The notes beneath the pieces were generated by a model, which ran no database searches, had not been told where the DNA came from, and saw nothing but the letters and a program-made list of their open reading frames with translations. A stretch of DNA of 64,000 bases from assembly GCF_009914755.1 (NCBI RefSeq), contig NC_060930.1; one strand, written 5' to 3'. The stretch is from the human T2T-CHM13v2.0 reference genome, Homo sapiens. Positions 62,572-64,000 of this stretch are shown here, piece after piece. How positions within the stretch are numbered: position 1 is the stretch's first letter; the number at the start of each line of letters is the position of its first letter. The translations under genes were made by a program, and so were the position numbers.

Positions 62572-64000
<1,429 letters not shown>

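Overview
Primate genomic DNA, AT-rich and dominated by interspersed repeats; an Alu carrying 4 of the 5 AluYa5 diagnostic positions points to human or a great ape. The repeats include old and young L1s (five with twin-priming inversions, one with a 3' transduction), about 16 Alus, a full MaLR provirus, solo LTRs, a Tigger7/MER44 element, L2/MIR fragments and simple repeats. No intact protein-coding gene, RNA gene or CRISPR array is supported, and the listed ORFs are repeat-derived or incidental. The main result lies in the short non-repeat islands. On the + strand, about a dozen small, partly splice-site-bounded and frameshifted exon remnants (about 1214-61884) translate, in the expected N-to-C order, into motifs of an axonemal dynein heavy chain from AAA3 through AAA4 to the start of the stalk. 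This suggests a decayed, intron-containing dynein heavy chain pseudogene. The reference peptides were recalled from memory of DNAH1/DNAH5-type proteins and must be confirmed by alignment. Also seen: a ~215 bp mitochondrial control-region insertion (NUMT) and a 63 bp templated copy inside an old L1.
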